A program made the translations under genes and the position numbers. 64,000 nucleotides of DNA from Eledone cirrhosa (Eukaryota). Within the stretch, counting starts at the first letter, position 1; each line of letters begins with the position of its first letter. The notes beneath the pieces were generated by a model. The model did no database searches. It saw only the letters and a program-made list of their open reading frames with translations, and had not been told where the DNA came from. The stretch is taken from positions 7,564,001-7,628,000 of the forward strand of contig OZ024745.1 in NCBI GenBank assembly GCA_964016885.1, written 5' to 3'. Of this stretch, positions 1 to 16,929 are shown piece by piece.

Positions 1-53
1 ATATATATATATATATATATATAAGATCAAAAGATGGTTAAAGGAGTTCAATA

Positions 54-124
54 TATTTTATTATGCGCATTTCAAAAACAAACATCATCAAACAATAATA
101 TTTGTGTTTTCATCAGATAAAACA
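54..124 (-). ncRNA. Type I hammerhead ribozyme motif (family A)
   Basis: Minus strand: UGUUUUAU-CUGAUGA-[AAACACAAA...UUUGUUUUU stem II]-GAAA-UGCGCA-UA-AUAAAAUA. Stem I is 8 bp, stem III is palindromic, predicted cleavage after AUA. Confidence 0.8.
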
Positions 125-211
125 GGAGAACATGATATGAAGGCTAAAAAAAACACTTGTTGATGGTGCAGTTTTAAATCAACATATTGTACTACAATAA
201 AACTCACCTCC

Positions 212-215
<4 letters not shown>

Positions 216-259
<44 letters not shown>

Positions 260-331
260 TATATATATATATATATATATACAGATATATATATATATAT
301 AGAGATATATATATATATATATACATACACA

Positions 332-367
<36 letters not shown>

Positions 368-388
368 GATATATATATATATATATAC

Positions 389-423
<35 letters not shown>

Positions 424-557
424 TATATATATATATATATATACAGATATATATATATATATATATATATACAGATATATATATATATATATATACAGAG
501 ATATATATATATATATATATACATACAGAGATATATATATATATATATATATACATA

Positions 558-639
<82 letters not shown>

Positions 640-670
640 CAGATATATATATATATATATATATACATAC

Positions 671-769
<99 letters not shown>

Positions 770-802
770 CAGGGATATATATATATATATATATATACAT
801 AC

Positions 803-883
<81 letters not shown>

Positions 884-887
884 CATA

Positions 888-927
<40 letters not shown>

Positions 928-931
928 CATA

Positions 932-977
<46 letters not shown>

Positions 978-978
978 C

Positions 979-1029
<51 letters not shown>

Positions 1030-1094
1030 CAGAGATATATATATATATATATATATATACATACAGATATATATATATATATATATATACATAC

Positions 1095-1131
<37 letters not shown>

Positions 1132-1132
1132 C

Positions 1133-1171
<39 letters not shown>

Positions 1172-1203
1172 CAGATATATATATATATATATATATATAC
1201 ATA

Positions 1204-1241
<38 letters not shown>

Positions 1242-1246
1242 CATAC

Positions 1247-1287
<41 letters not shown>

Positions 1288-1303
1288 TATATATATATAT
1301 ATA

Positions 1304-1397
<94 letters not shown>

Positions 1398-1463
1398 GAT
1401 ATATATATATATATACAGAGATATATATATATATATACAGAGATATATATATATATATATATA

Positions 1464-1503
<40 letters not shown>

Positions 1504-1579
1504 GATATATATATATATATACAGAGATATATATATATATATATATATATACAGAGATATATATATATATATATATATA

Positions 1580-1617
<38 letters not shown>

Positions 1618-1633
1618 GATATATATATATATA

Positions 1634-1675
<42 letters not shown>

Positions 1676-1692
1676 GATATATATATATATAT
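216..1692. repeat. (AT)n microsatellite array punctuated by CAGA/CATACAGA/CAGAGA
   Basis: Direct inspection; source of the IYIY ORFs. Confidence 0.97.
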
Positions 1693-2040
1693 GGAGGCAC
1701 ATGGCTTAGTGGTTAGAGCATTGGCCTTGCAATCGAAAGGTTGTGAGTTCAATTCTCAGACTGGGTGATGTGTTGTTTCCTTGAGCAAGACACTTTATTT
1801 CACATTGCTCCAGTTTACTCAGCTGTAGAAATGAGATGATAGGGACTGGGGTCCATATCATTCCACTGCAAAGTGGTCGTGGAGGTGCCACGGCAAAAAA
1901 GCACCCAGCACTCACTGTAAATGAGGTTGGTGTTAGGAAGGGCATCCAGCTGTAGAAATCAAGCCAAAATCAGTTCCCGTCCCACCCTTGCAAGCAGGGA
2001 AAAAGCGGACGTAAAATGAAATGATGATGATGATGATGAT
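1693..2040 (+). mobile_element. tRNA-derived SINE (family 1, CORE-like centre, (ATG)n tail)
   Basis: A-box TGGCTTAGTGG, B-box GAGTTCAATTC, CCTTGAGCAAGACACTT core, (GAT)n tail. Related copies at 22076 and 62139. Confidence 0.85.
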
Positions 2041-2413
2041 ATACAGAGATATATATATATATACAGAGATATATATATATATATACAGAGATATATATAT
2101 ATACAGAGATATATATATATATATTGCCTGGCTTTCTGGAGAATAGAGGAAAGGTGTTTCCTCAAAAACCAGTATGCCTCTAAAAACCGGTTTGTCTGTG
2201 TGTTTACATACAGAATAGCTGGACACTCACAGTAAAGTGACCAGTGAAAAACTCGGTACATCTACATATGTATACGTGTGTGTATTCATATGCATACTAG
2301 TATTTCAGTATACATATGTGGATGTACATTTTTAACTTAATTGTTTAAGCGTCAGTCATACAAAAGTGAGTTACAAATGAAACGAAATTTAATTTCGTTT
2401 CGTTATTTGTTTT

Positions 2414-6600
<4,187 letters not shown>

Positions 6601-6719
6601 ATATATATATATAAAAGACAGCGAGAAGCGAAAACCAACCAAACAGTGAGTGTGTTCTGTTATTAATTCTGGCAATATTACGCAAATATGACCCTCCCCA
6701 AATATAACAATATATATAC

Positions 6720-6755
<36 letters not shown>

Positions 6756-6804
6756 GTATATATATATATATATACAGATATATATATATATATATATATA
6801 TATA

Positions 6805-6854
<50 letters not shown>

Positions 6855-6876
6855 TATATATATATATATATATATA

Positions 6877-6924
<48 letters not shown>

Positions 6925-6958
6925 TATATATATATATACAGATATATATATATATATA

Positions 6959-7158
6959 NNNNNNNNNNNNNNNNNNNNNNNNNNNNNNNNNNNNNNNNNN
7001 NNNNNNNNNNNNNNNNNNNNNNNNNNNNNNNNNNNNNNNNNNNNNNNNNNNNNNNNNNNNNNNNNNNNNNNNNNNNNNNNNNNNNNNNNNNNNNNNNNNN
7101 NNNNNNNNNNNNNNNNNNNNNNNNNNNNNNNNNNNNNNNNNNNNNNNNNNNNNNNNNN
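6959..7158. other. Assembly gap (200 N)
   Basis: Run of n. Confidence 1.
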
Positions 7159-7200
7159 ACAGATGTGTATATGCGCAAATATATTTCTCCAAAATCGCTG

Positions 7201-7257
<57 letters not shown>

Positions 7258-7314
7258 TTTAGTATATATATATCTCTATATATATGTATATGTATATATA
7301 TGTATATATATATG

Positions 7315-7379
<65 letters not shown>

Positions 7380-7386
7380 CTATATA

Positions 7387-7472
<86 letters not shown>

Positions 7473-7478
7473 TATATG

Positions 7479-7513
<35 letters not shown>

Positions 7514-8099
7514 GTATATATATATGTGTGTGTTGTGTGTGTGTATGTACGTGCGTCTGTGTGTGTATGCATGTATGCATATGTATACACACACATACAT
7601 ACACACACATACATACATACATACATACATACATACATACATACATACATACACACACATATACATACATACATACACACACACACATATACATATGTAC
7701 ATATTTACGCACATACACACACATGAATTCGTTTACATTACGCATCAATATACACATGTACTTGAAAAAAATGAAACAACTTAAAATATTAAAGAAAAGA
7801 AAAAGAATAAAAAAATAACGAAGATAGAAAGAAAGGAAAGAAAAGAAAGAAAAGAAAGAAAGGAAAGGTAAGAAGAAAGAAAAGAAAGGAAAGAAGAAAG
7901 AAAAGGAGAAAGAAAGAAGAAAGGAAGATTTGGTAAGCAAAGTGTTTGTTTTTTTAGTGAGGTGTGCAGTGGACTGGAAACATCTGCTACAGTCAAAATG
8001 GCGGCCACTGAAGCTTGAACACATTTTTAATCCTGAACACAAAACTAAGATTTTCAAATGTGGTGTTCCTGCTTCGTTAAAAGTTGGTGTTGAGACAGG

Positions 8100-8425
8100 T
8101 ATGAGGTGGGGAGTGGAGTGGAGGGTAGGTGGAGTGAGGGGGGAAGAGTGGAGGGTGGAGGGTGGAGTGGAGTGGAGGAGAGAGTGAAGTGGAGTGGGGG
8201 TGGGGTGGGGGAGGAAAGAGTGGAGTGGAGGGGGAATAGAGTGGAGGGAGAGATTGGAGTGTAGGGTGAGTAGGGTGGAGGGGAGAGTGGGGTGGAGGGT
8301 GAGTGAGGTTGAGGAAAGAGTGGAGTGGAGGGAAGAGTGGAGTGGAGGGAAGAGTGGAGTGGAGTGGAGGGAGAGTGGAGTGGAGGGAGGGAGAAAAACA
8401 AAGAAAGAAAAGAAGAAGGAATGAG
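8100..8425 (+). repeat. Degenerate (GGAGT)n purine-rich tract
   Basis: Direct inspection. Confidence 0.85.
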
Positions 8426-8508
8426 AGGAAACATTTTTTGTTGTATTGGAGAAAAATAGAATTTAACGAAATGCTCATTGTGATGTGTTTTATAGTTTAA
8501 TGTGGTCT

Positions 8509-8666
8509 CCCCCAGGTGTAATGTCTGCTTCGGAGTGTAATGTCTGCCCCGGGGTGTAATGTCTCCCCCGTGGTGTAATGTCTGCCCCGGGGTGTAATGT
8601 CTCCCCCGGGGTGTAATGTCTGCCCCGGGGTGTAATGTCTGCCCCGGGGTGTAATGTCTCCCCCAG
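8509..8666 (+). repeat. 19-bp minisatellite CCCCGGGGTGTAATGTCT(G/C), about 8 copies
   Basis: Tandem units visible. Confidence 0.92.
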
Positions 8667-8961
8667 GGAATATATAGCCCAGTCTGTGTATACAGTCAGA
8701 TATATGTGTATATATGTGTTATAGATATATGAGAGAGGAAGGGTTTGCGGTGCTGAGTCAGGGAAGACCACTAATTATGGGAGTACTCAATACCTGACGA
8801 GTGGGTATAGAAACCGCCTGGCGCCGTGGTGGGATTTTACCACTCTCTCCCACTCTACCCACGCCTCTCCTATGTCAACATGGACATGTTATTTTTATCT
8901 AAAGACATTTTTTCCAATTCCAACCGCCTGTCCCCCTCAATCTATCTTATTTCTCATTCTT

Positions 8962-8997
8962 TCTTCTGATGAAAGACTAGAGTCTGAAACGTTAAGA
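8962..8997 (+). ncRNA. Minimal hammerhead (family C) in a PLE 3'-end relic (about 8880-9085)
   Basis: UCUU-CUGAUGA-A-AGAC-UAGA-GUCU-GAAAC-GUU-AAGA. Homologues at 34223 and 45717 have GGAC/GUCC in stem II (compensatory change). Confidence 0.8.
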
Positions 8998-9078
8998 CCC
9001 TCTTCCTGCTATATCTTAACCTAATATATCTCTTCCATATACTGTACCAATTGCGTTGTTATTTCTGTTTACCTTTTG

Positions 9079-9115
<37 letters not shown>

Positions 9116-9314
9116 CAGTGTGGTCTACCTCTGGTGGTAGGGGTCTGTACCGTAGATAGAACTCAATGTAATCCGATGGCGAGTAATCCAGTGAAATCCA
9201 TAGAAAAGTTCTGTGTTCCACTGAGTTAATTCCTTAGATACAGAGTCAGATATTAGGTATTACATTAACAATGAAAATAATAACAACAAAGTCAAGTTAT
9301 TTTACCTATTCATA

Positions 9315-9445
9315 TCATTGTTTTACGATCGTTTTGGAGGGTTGATCATATAGAAATATGGGACTGATCTATAGGAGTTATATAACTGTATACTATCAGA
9401 CATAATATATAGGTTCGATCAGACCGGCTTCTTCGGAAACAATGA
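9315..9445 (-). ncRNA. Degenerate long-stem-II hammerhead (family D)
   Basis: UCAUUGUUU-CCGAAGA-...-AAAACGAUCGUA-AAACAAUGA. Two core deviations; stem I covaries with the other D copies. Confidence 0.55.
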
Positions 9446-9607
9446 AGTTAGAATCTTTATTTGTAGTATATAAACAGGGTAGATACAAGAATAGACATAC
9501 CGTATAAATATATATTCAAGATTGCCTCCTTAGACTGAGAGACATAGTGAGAGGAGTGCTGCAGGACACTATCTACAAATGTCATTGGGGGTGGGGGCTA
9601 AGTGGAG

Positions 9608-9791
9608 AGAAGAAGAGAAGAAGAAGAAGAAGAAGAAGAAGAAGAAGAAGAAGAAGAAGAAGAAGAAGAAGAAGAAGAAGAAGAAGAAGAAGAAGGAAGA
9701 AGAAGAAGAAGAAGAAGAAGAAGAAGAAGAAGAAGAAGAAGAAGAAGAAGAAGAAGAAGAAGAAGAAGAAGAAGAAGAAGAAGAAGAAGAG
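9608..9791 (+). repeat. (GAA)n about 60 units
   Basis: Direct inspection. Confidence 0.98.
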
Positions 9792-10142
9792 TCGACTGAT
9801 GAATTTATTTCATCGACTACGATGTCATGGAAAGTTAGGCAAGTTTCTAACTGGAATACAGACGAAGGAATCATCCCGACATTTTAACGTTTCTGTCGGT
9901 TGGTCTTAGAAACATCATTTAAAATATGCTGTCAGTTTGTTCAGGTCTTGCTATGAACAACAAATATATTTATTCGCGGAGATCAGCTTGGCCATTCTTC
10001 CATGGAAGTACTGGAGTCAATGTAACCGACTATTCCTTCCTGCCAAATTAGTAGCTTTCTGCCTAAAATTCTTAATGAAATCGACCCAACCTCACATCAC
10101 ACAAAATTGCTGGCCTGGTTCCTAATTCAGAAACCATTATTT

Positions 10143-10350
10143 AAGGACGGCAGAGTCGGTAGAGCGTCGGACAAATGCTTGATAGTATTTGTTCCGGCTC
10201 TTTACGTTCTGAGTTTAGATTTCACCAAGGTCAACTTTACCTTTCATCCTTACAAGGTCAATGAAATAAAGTACCAGTAATGCCCTAGGGGCGGTTTAAT
10301 CGACTTTCCACTCCTCCAAAATTGTTGGCCACGTGCCTCAATCAAAAACC
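10143..10350 (+). mobile_element. tRNA-derived SINE (family 2)
   Basis: GGCAGAGTCGGTAGAGCGTCGG...TTCTGAGTTTAGAT...CTTTCATCC...AAGTACCAGT; homologous to the 37163, 42513 and 63858 copies. Confidence 0.85.
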
Positions 10351-10552
10351 CTCGACTAGAACGCACGTGTTCGCTTTGTTCGTCGTTGTTGACCCGCTGA
10401 TTTGTTACCAATAAGGATTTTATAGTTTTCAAAGAGAAGGGGGCAGGACAGGGGTTTCTATAAACAGTGCAGCAAACAAACAACAATAACAAAACAATAA
10501 ACAAATGTGTTTCACATAAGTTGTTCGGAGAAGAAACTTATTGAGTACTTTT

Positions 10553-11711
10553 CAAAACTGGTAAGAACAGTAAAACCAACAGCCAGTAAAACTGGTAACA
10601 ACAGTAAAACCAACAGACAGTAAAACTGGTAACAACAGTAAAACCAACAGCTAGTAAAACTTGGTAGCAACAGTAAAACCAACAGCTAGTAAAACTAGTA
10701 ACAACGGTAAAACCAACAGCCAGTAAAACTGGTAGCAACAGTAAAACCAATAGCCAGTAACCATTGGTAACAACAGTAAAACTGGTAACAACAGTAAAAC
10801 CAACAGCCAATAAAACTGGTAACAACAGTAAACCAACAGCCAGTAAAACAAGTAACAACAGTAAAACCAATAGCCAGTAAAACTGGTAACAACAGTAAAA
10901 CCAACAGCCAATAAAAATGGTAACAACAGTAAAACGAACAGCTAATAAAAATGATAACAACAGTAAAAACAAAAGCCAGTAAAACTGGTAACAACAGTAA
11001 AACCAACAGCCAGTAAAACTGGTAACAACAATAAAACCAACAGCCAGTAAAACTGGTAACAACAGTAAAAACCAACAGCCAATAAAACTGGTAACAACAG
11101 TAAAACCAACAGCCAGTAAAACAAGTAACAACAGTAAAACCAATAGCCAGTAAATACTGGTAACAACAGTAAAACCAACAGCCAATAAAAATGGTAACAA
11201 CAGTAAAACGAACAGCTAATAAAAATGATAACAACAGTAAAAACAAAAGCCAGTAAATCTGGTAACAACAGTAAAACCAACAGCCAGTAAAACTGGTAAC
11301 AACAATAAAACCAACAGCCAGTAAAACTGGTAACAACAGTAAAACCAACAGCCAGTAAAACTGGTAACAACAATAAAAACCAAAGCCAGTAAAACTGGTA
11401 ACAACAGTAAAACCAACAGCCAGTAAAACTGGTAACAACAGTAAAACCAACAGCCAGTAAAAACTGGTAACAACAGTAAAATCAATAGCCAGTAAAACTA
11501 GGTAACAACATTAAAACCAACAGCCAATAAAAATGGTAACAACAGTAAAACTAACAGCCAGTAAAACTAGTAACAACAGTAAAACCAACAGCCAGTAAAA
11601 CTTGGTAACAACAGTAAAACCAATAGCCAATAAAAATGGTAACAACAGTAAAACCAATAGCCAGTAAAACTGGTAACAACAGTAAAACCAATAGCCAGTA
11701 AAACTGGTAAC
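10553..11711 (+). repeat. 34-bp minisatellite AAAACTGGTAACAACAGTAAAACCAACAGCCAGT
   Basis: About 34 tandem units; a higher-order block of about 271 bp recurs (e.g. variant unit at 10846 and 11117). Confidence 0.95.
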
Positions 11712-11712
11712 C

Positions 11713-14130
11713 GTAAATGAAGGAATCTCGTGTGTGAGAGAGTAACGTTAAATGAAGGAATCTCGTGTGTGAGAGAGTAACGTTAAATGAAGGAATCTCG
11801 TGTGTGTGAGAGAGTCACCTTAAATGAAGGAATCTCGTGTGTGAGAGAGTCACCTTAAATGAAGGAAACTCGTGTGTGTGAGAGTAACGTTAAATGAAGG
11901 AATCTCGTGTGTGAGAGAGTAACGTTAAATGAAGAATCTCGTGCGTGAGAGAGAGTAACCTTAAATGAAGGAATCTCGTATGTGAGAGAGTAACGTTAAA
12001 TGAAGGAATCTCGTGTGTGAGAGAGAATAACCTTAAATGAAGGAATCTCGTGTGAGAGAATGTAACCTTAAATGAAGGAATCTCGAGTGAGAGAGAGTCA
12101 CCTTAAATGAAGGAAACTCGTGTGTGTGAGAGTAACGTTAAATGAAGGAATCTCGTGTGTGAGAGAGTAACGTTAAATGAAGGAATCTCGTGTGTGAGAG
12201 AGAATAACCTTAAATGAAGGAATCTCGTGTGAGAGAATGTAACCTTAAATGAAGGAATCTTCGTGTGTGAGAGAGAGTCACCTTAAATGAAGGAAACTCG
12301 TGTGTGTGAGAGTAACGTTAAATGAAGGAATCTCGTGTGTGAGAGAGTAACCTTAAATGAAGGAATCACGTGCGTGAGAGAGAGTAACGTTAAATGAAGG
12401 AATCTCGTGTGTGAGAGAGTAACGTTAAATGAAGGAATCTCGTGTGTGAGAGAGAATAACCTTAAATGAAGGAATCTCGTGTGAGAGAATGTAACCTTAA
12501 ATGAAGGAATCTCGTGTGAGAGAGAGTCACCTTAAATGAAGGAAACTCGTGTGTGTGAGAGTAACGTTAAATGAAGGAATCTCGTGTGTGAGAGAGTAAC
12601 CTTAAATGAAGGAATCTCGGTGCGTGAGAGAGTAACCTTAAATGAAGGAATCTCGTGTGTGAGAGAGTAACCTTAAATGAAGGAATCTCGTGTGTGAGAG
12701 AGTAACCTTAAATGAAGAATCTTGTGTGTGAGAGAGTAACCTTAAATGAAGGAATCTCGTGCGTGAGAGAGTAACCTTAAATGAAGGAATCTCGTGTGTG
12801 AGAGAGAATAACCTTAAATGAAGGAATCTCGTGTGAGAGAATGTAACCTTAACTGAAGGAATCTCGTGTGAGAGAGAGTAACCTTAAATGAAGGAATCTC
12901 GTTGTGAGAGAGAGTAACCCTTAAATGAAGGAATCTCGTGTGAGAGAGAGTAACCTTAAATGAAGGAATCTCGTGCGTGAGAGAGTAACCTTAAATGAAG
13001 GAATCTCGTGTGTGAGAGAGTAACCTTAAATGAAGGAATCTCGTGTGTGAGAGAGTAACCTTAAATGAAGGAATCTCGTGTGTGAGAGAGTAACCTTAAA
13101 TGAAGGAATCTCGTGTGTGAGAGAGTAACGTTAAATGAAGGAATCTCGTGTGTGAGAGAGTAACCTTAAATGAAGGAATCTCGTGTGAGAGAGAGTAACC
13201 TTAAATGAAGGAATCTCGTGTGTGAGAGAGTAACCTTAAATGAAGGAATCTCGTGCGTGAGAGAGTAACCTTAAATGAAGGAATCTCGTGTGTGAGAGAG
13301 TAACCTTAAATGAAGGAATCTCGTGTGTGAGAGAGTAACCTTAAATGAAGGAATCTCGTGCGTGAGAGAGTAACCTTAAATGAAGGAATCTCGTGTGTGA
13401 GAGAGTAACCTTAAATGAAGGAATCTCGTGCGTGAGAGAGTAACCTTAAATGAAGGAATCTCGTGTGTGAGAGAGTAACCTTAAATGAAGGAATCTCGTG
13501 TGTGAGAGAGTAACCTTAAATGAAGGAATCTCGTGCGTGAGAGAGTAACCTTAAATGAAGGAATCTCGTGTGTGAGAGAGTAACCTTAAATGAAGGAATC
13601 TCGTGCGTGAGAGAGTAACCTTAAATGAAGGAATCTCGTGTGTGAGAGAGTAACCTTAAATGAAGGAATCTCGTGTGTGAGAGAGTAACCTTAAATGAAG
13701 GAATCTCGTGCGTGAGAGAGTAACCTTAAATGAAGGAATCTCGTGTGTGAGAGAGTAACCTTAAATGAAGGAATCTCGTGCGTGAGAGAGTAACCTTAAA
13801 TGAAGGAATCTCGTGTGTGAGAGAGTAACCTTAAATGAAGGAATCTCGTGTGAGAGAGAGTAACCTTAAATGAAGGAATCTCGTGTGAGAGAGAGTAACC
13901 TTAAATGAAGGAATCTCGTGTGAGAGAGAGTAACCTTAAATGTGTAGAGGGTGGGAATGGATGAGAGTAGTCTGACACGATAAAACTAGTGGGATATCAC
14001 TCGTGAGGGGGGGAGGGAAACCTTAAATGAAGGGATCTCACTCGTGTGTGTGTGGGTGGTAACATTAAATGAAGGGATCTCACTCGTGTGCGTGGGAGGG
14101 GAACCTTAAATGAAGGGATGTCACTCGTGT
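11713..14130 (+). repeat. 35-bp minisatellite TAACCTTAAATGAAGGAATCTCGTGTGTGAGAGAG
   Basis: About 63 units to 13941, then diverged longer units to about 14130; no unique spacers. Confidence 0.97.
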
Positions 14131-14194
14131 CTTGTTTCCATTGTTATGTCTATTACATCCTTGCAATCAACCTAGTTTTTTATATTGTTTGTAG

Positions 14195-14373
14195 GATTGG
14201 TGGTATCGGTAGAGCGTCAGACAACATGCTTTATGGAATAGCGTTAGATCCTTTGACACTCTGAGTTCAAATCCCAGCAAGGTTATCTTTGCCTGTCATC
14301 CTTATGAGGTCGATAAAATAAAGTACTAGTAATACACTGGGATAATTGCTAGGCTTGTGCCTATGTTAGAAAC
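14195..14373 (+). mobile_element. SINE family 2, diverged copy
   Basis: GGTAGAGCGTCAGAC...CTGAGTTCAAATCC...GTCGATAAAATAAAGTAC...GGCTTGTGCCT. Confidence 0.8.
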
Positions 14374-15277
14374 GGGCTAACCTAAACAATATCACACTTT
14401 CTTCTCAGTTATCGACCTCATTCTCCCAAATAAAATAATTTCAATTCACAGTTTACTAAACCGTTGAACCACACTAAAAACATTACTAAGCCTGCATTTT
14501 TCATGACTCAGTCCACACTCACCCACGCCAAATCAAGTGTTAGGTCTTGATACCATACGATCTTTTCTATCGTTTTACATAGTTACACAACCCTGATAAA
14601 CGGCAAAGATGTTTAATTATTTACTTTTTGACTGCAGGAAATTATTATATATTTGATTAAATTAAATTTATATTAAAATTATTTAATAACTCCACACGAC
14701 ACTTCCTATCACTTTGTATACTTCCACTGCGGCAAAGATGTGATCTCATGAAATTATTAAATATTTAAGTTAAATATACAAATTTGTGTAAAATTGTGAT
14801 CCTTTAAAGGTTCAGTAATGCAACTGTCTAGTTGGCCGGCTCTGTTGTTCTGTTCGTATCTGACTTTAAAATAGATCACGGGACCCAAAACTCTGTGAGT
14901 TATCGCGTTATTTTTCGAAAATCTTTCTGAAAAAAAAAACAAACAAACAAGGTTAACCTGTTTTCTTTGATTTTTGAAAGTTAATATAAATGTTGAAAAG
15001 TGAAGGTGAACAGTGATATGTGATTACATAACATAGTAACAGTTGACATGAGAGAAGTGCAGTATTGTGGTGGTGGTGGTGGAGACAGGCGCCGGTTCCG
15101 GTCGACTAACGTGATGAAAAAGAAGACATTTAATCGGCGTATAAAACTGTTAAACCGATGAAAAAGGAAAACAAAGGCAGAAAACCCCATAACGCCTAGA
15201 GGAGAAATAAAAATGACTTCATATATATATGTGTGTGTTTGTGTGTGTGTTGTGTGTTTGTGTGTGTGTTGTGTTGT

Positions 15278-15333
<56 letters not shown>

Positions 15334-15378
15334 AGAGAGAGAGGGGAGATAGGTAAATCCCCGACCGCGTTGCCATAT

Positions 15379-15448
<70 letters not shown>

Positions 15449-15949
15449 TGTGTGTGTGAGTGTGAGAGAGAGAGAGAGAGTGACTGCTTATGTATATGTA
15501 TTATACGGTAATCTGATACTGTATATGCATAGATAATTATATAGACACGAGATTGTCTGTATGTCTATGTGCATATTTCACGCTTTTATTTATTTATAGG
15601 TTTCTGTATTTATGTATACACACACACACACACACACACACAATATATATATATATATAAATATATATATATATACATGTGTGTGTGTGTGTGTGTGTAT
15701 GAATGTAAGCCGAAATAAATATTTTCTGATTTTATGAGGTTCTACAATTTATAACACAAATTACTCTCGGGTCCCAAGTAATAGGGGAAGGGGGAATAAG
15801 GTGGGGGCTGGAGGATGGAATAAGCGGGAGGTTGGAAAATCGGTCATTTTTCTTGTGTGTCTTCGTTGATTTCTTTTTAAAACCAGAATTAATCGTTTAG
15901 TTTACATATTGAGACCCAAACCCATCCTATTTTATAACGTATGAGATTT

Positions 15950-16480
15950 CTAGTAATTTGGAACCGTCCGGTAGGCTTCCCACACAATATTGAATTGAAG
16001 AAGAGCACAGTAACCATGGTTGTCAGAAACTAGGATCATCCAAGATAATAATCCACAATATCGAAGCCAACATCCTCATTGGATGTGGTAAGGGAGACAT
16101 TGTATTTATACCTAGAATACCGCTATTACCAACAGATGTTATTTTAAAGGGTTCTTGGGAAATTCTCAAAGCTTCATAATGTTGTTTGTGGTATTTGGAA
16201 AGCTAATGAGAATTTAAGTCATTAGGATTTCTCGTTATTGAAGGATGTGGATTGACAATTTTGGAAAATAGTTCAGCACAAGTACTTGGTATTCTGAAAA
16301 TCGTTGTAAACACAGCATCACTTAATCAGTTTTCAGAAATTCAATATATGATTGTTGTTTTAAAAGACTTTCAATTGTCTCTTCACGTTGGTTCAAGTGT
16401 TTAACGTATTATCCAGCGTTTACGACCACTTCCTTAGAGTCTCACAATAAATTGAGATGAAGCGTTACAAGAAGTGATAG
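15950..16480 (-). mobile_element. Possible highly decayed LTR-retrotransposon integrase fragments
   Basis: Minus-strand remnants such as DIVDYY and RIPSTCAELF next to the Gypsy pol relic; many stops. Confidence 0.3.
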
Positions 16481-16929
16481 ATATATATATATTACTGAAG
16501 GTGTAGGATAACCCATAAAATGGGTTATTCTTATTGTTTCAGTACCAAAGAAGGATGCTTCTGTATGTATATGTGTAGAGTCAAGCAAATTTAGCAGTTA
16601 AAAGACTAAGATACCCAATTCCAAAATTGATAATAAGGTTTTTATTAGATTGAGTTTGATGAAACAAGCTGAGAAATAATAACTTTTATAACTCAGCAGG
16701 GTTTGTTTAGATACAAGAGATTGTTTTGAGGGATAATCTGCAGCACCGGAAGAATTCCAATACATCATAAAGCAAATTTTGTCAGATTGCACGAGAACAC
16801 CAAAAGTTTATTATTTTTTTTTTTGGTAATATTATTTATTGTACATGGATGCAATGAAGCAGATCACGATAAAGGGTTAATAGCCGTTAACCCGGGTCAA
16901 GGAACAGAGTGTTCCTTTGAACAAGTCAA

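Larger units (their letters stand above)
7958..9916 (+). pseudogene. Fragmented, frameshifted GTF3C4/TFIIIC90-like N-terminal region
   Basis: Colinear peptide pieces: SGLE, LKLEHIFNPEHKTKIFKCGVPASLKVGVET (ends 8097), VFYSLMWSPPGVMSASEC (8485-8538), FAVLSQGRPLIMGVLNT/EWV (about 8744-8807), LRDIVRGVLQDTIYK (9535-9579), STDEFISSTTMSWKVR (about 9792-9839), FLSVGLRN (9890-9913). They resemble my recollection of vertebrate GTF3C4 in the same order. Stops, frameshifts and repeat insertions lie between them. Confidence 0.55.

Noticed and set aside
1693-1770. tRNA gene (also at 22076 and 62139)
   Set aside because: A/B boxes run into a SINE body; no proper acceptor stem.
2379-2401. GAAACGAAATTTAATTTCGTTTC as hammerhead stem III
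   Set aside because: No CUGANGA and no stem I partner upstream; only a hairpin.
7958-8098. Functional 141-bp coding exon (good AG/GT sites)
   Set aside because: The GTF3C4-like similarity switches frame inside it and neighbouring pieces contain stops, so a pseudogene fits better. Splicing is not excluded without RNA-seq.
10553-13941. CRISPR array
   Set aside because: Head-to-tail units with no unique spacers, no cas genes, and a eukaryotic context.
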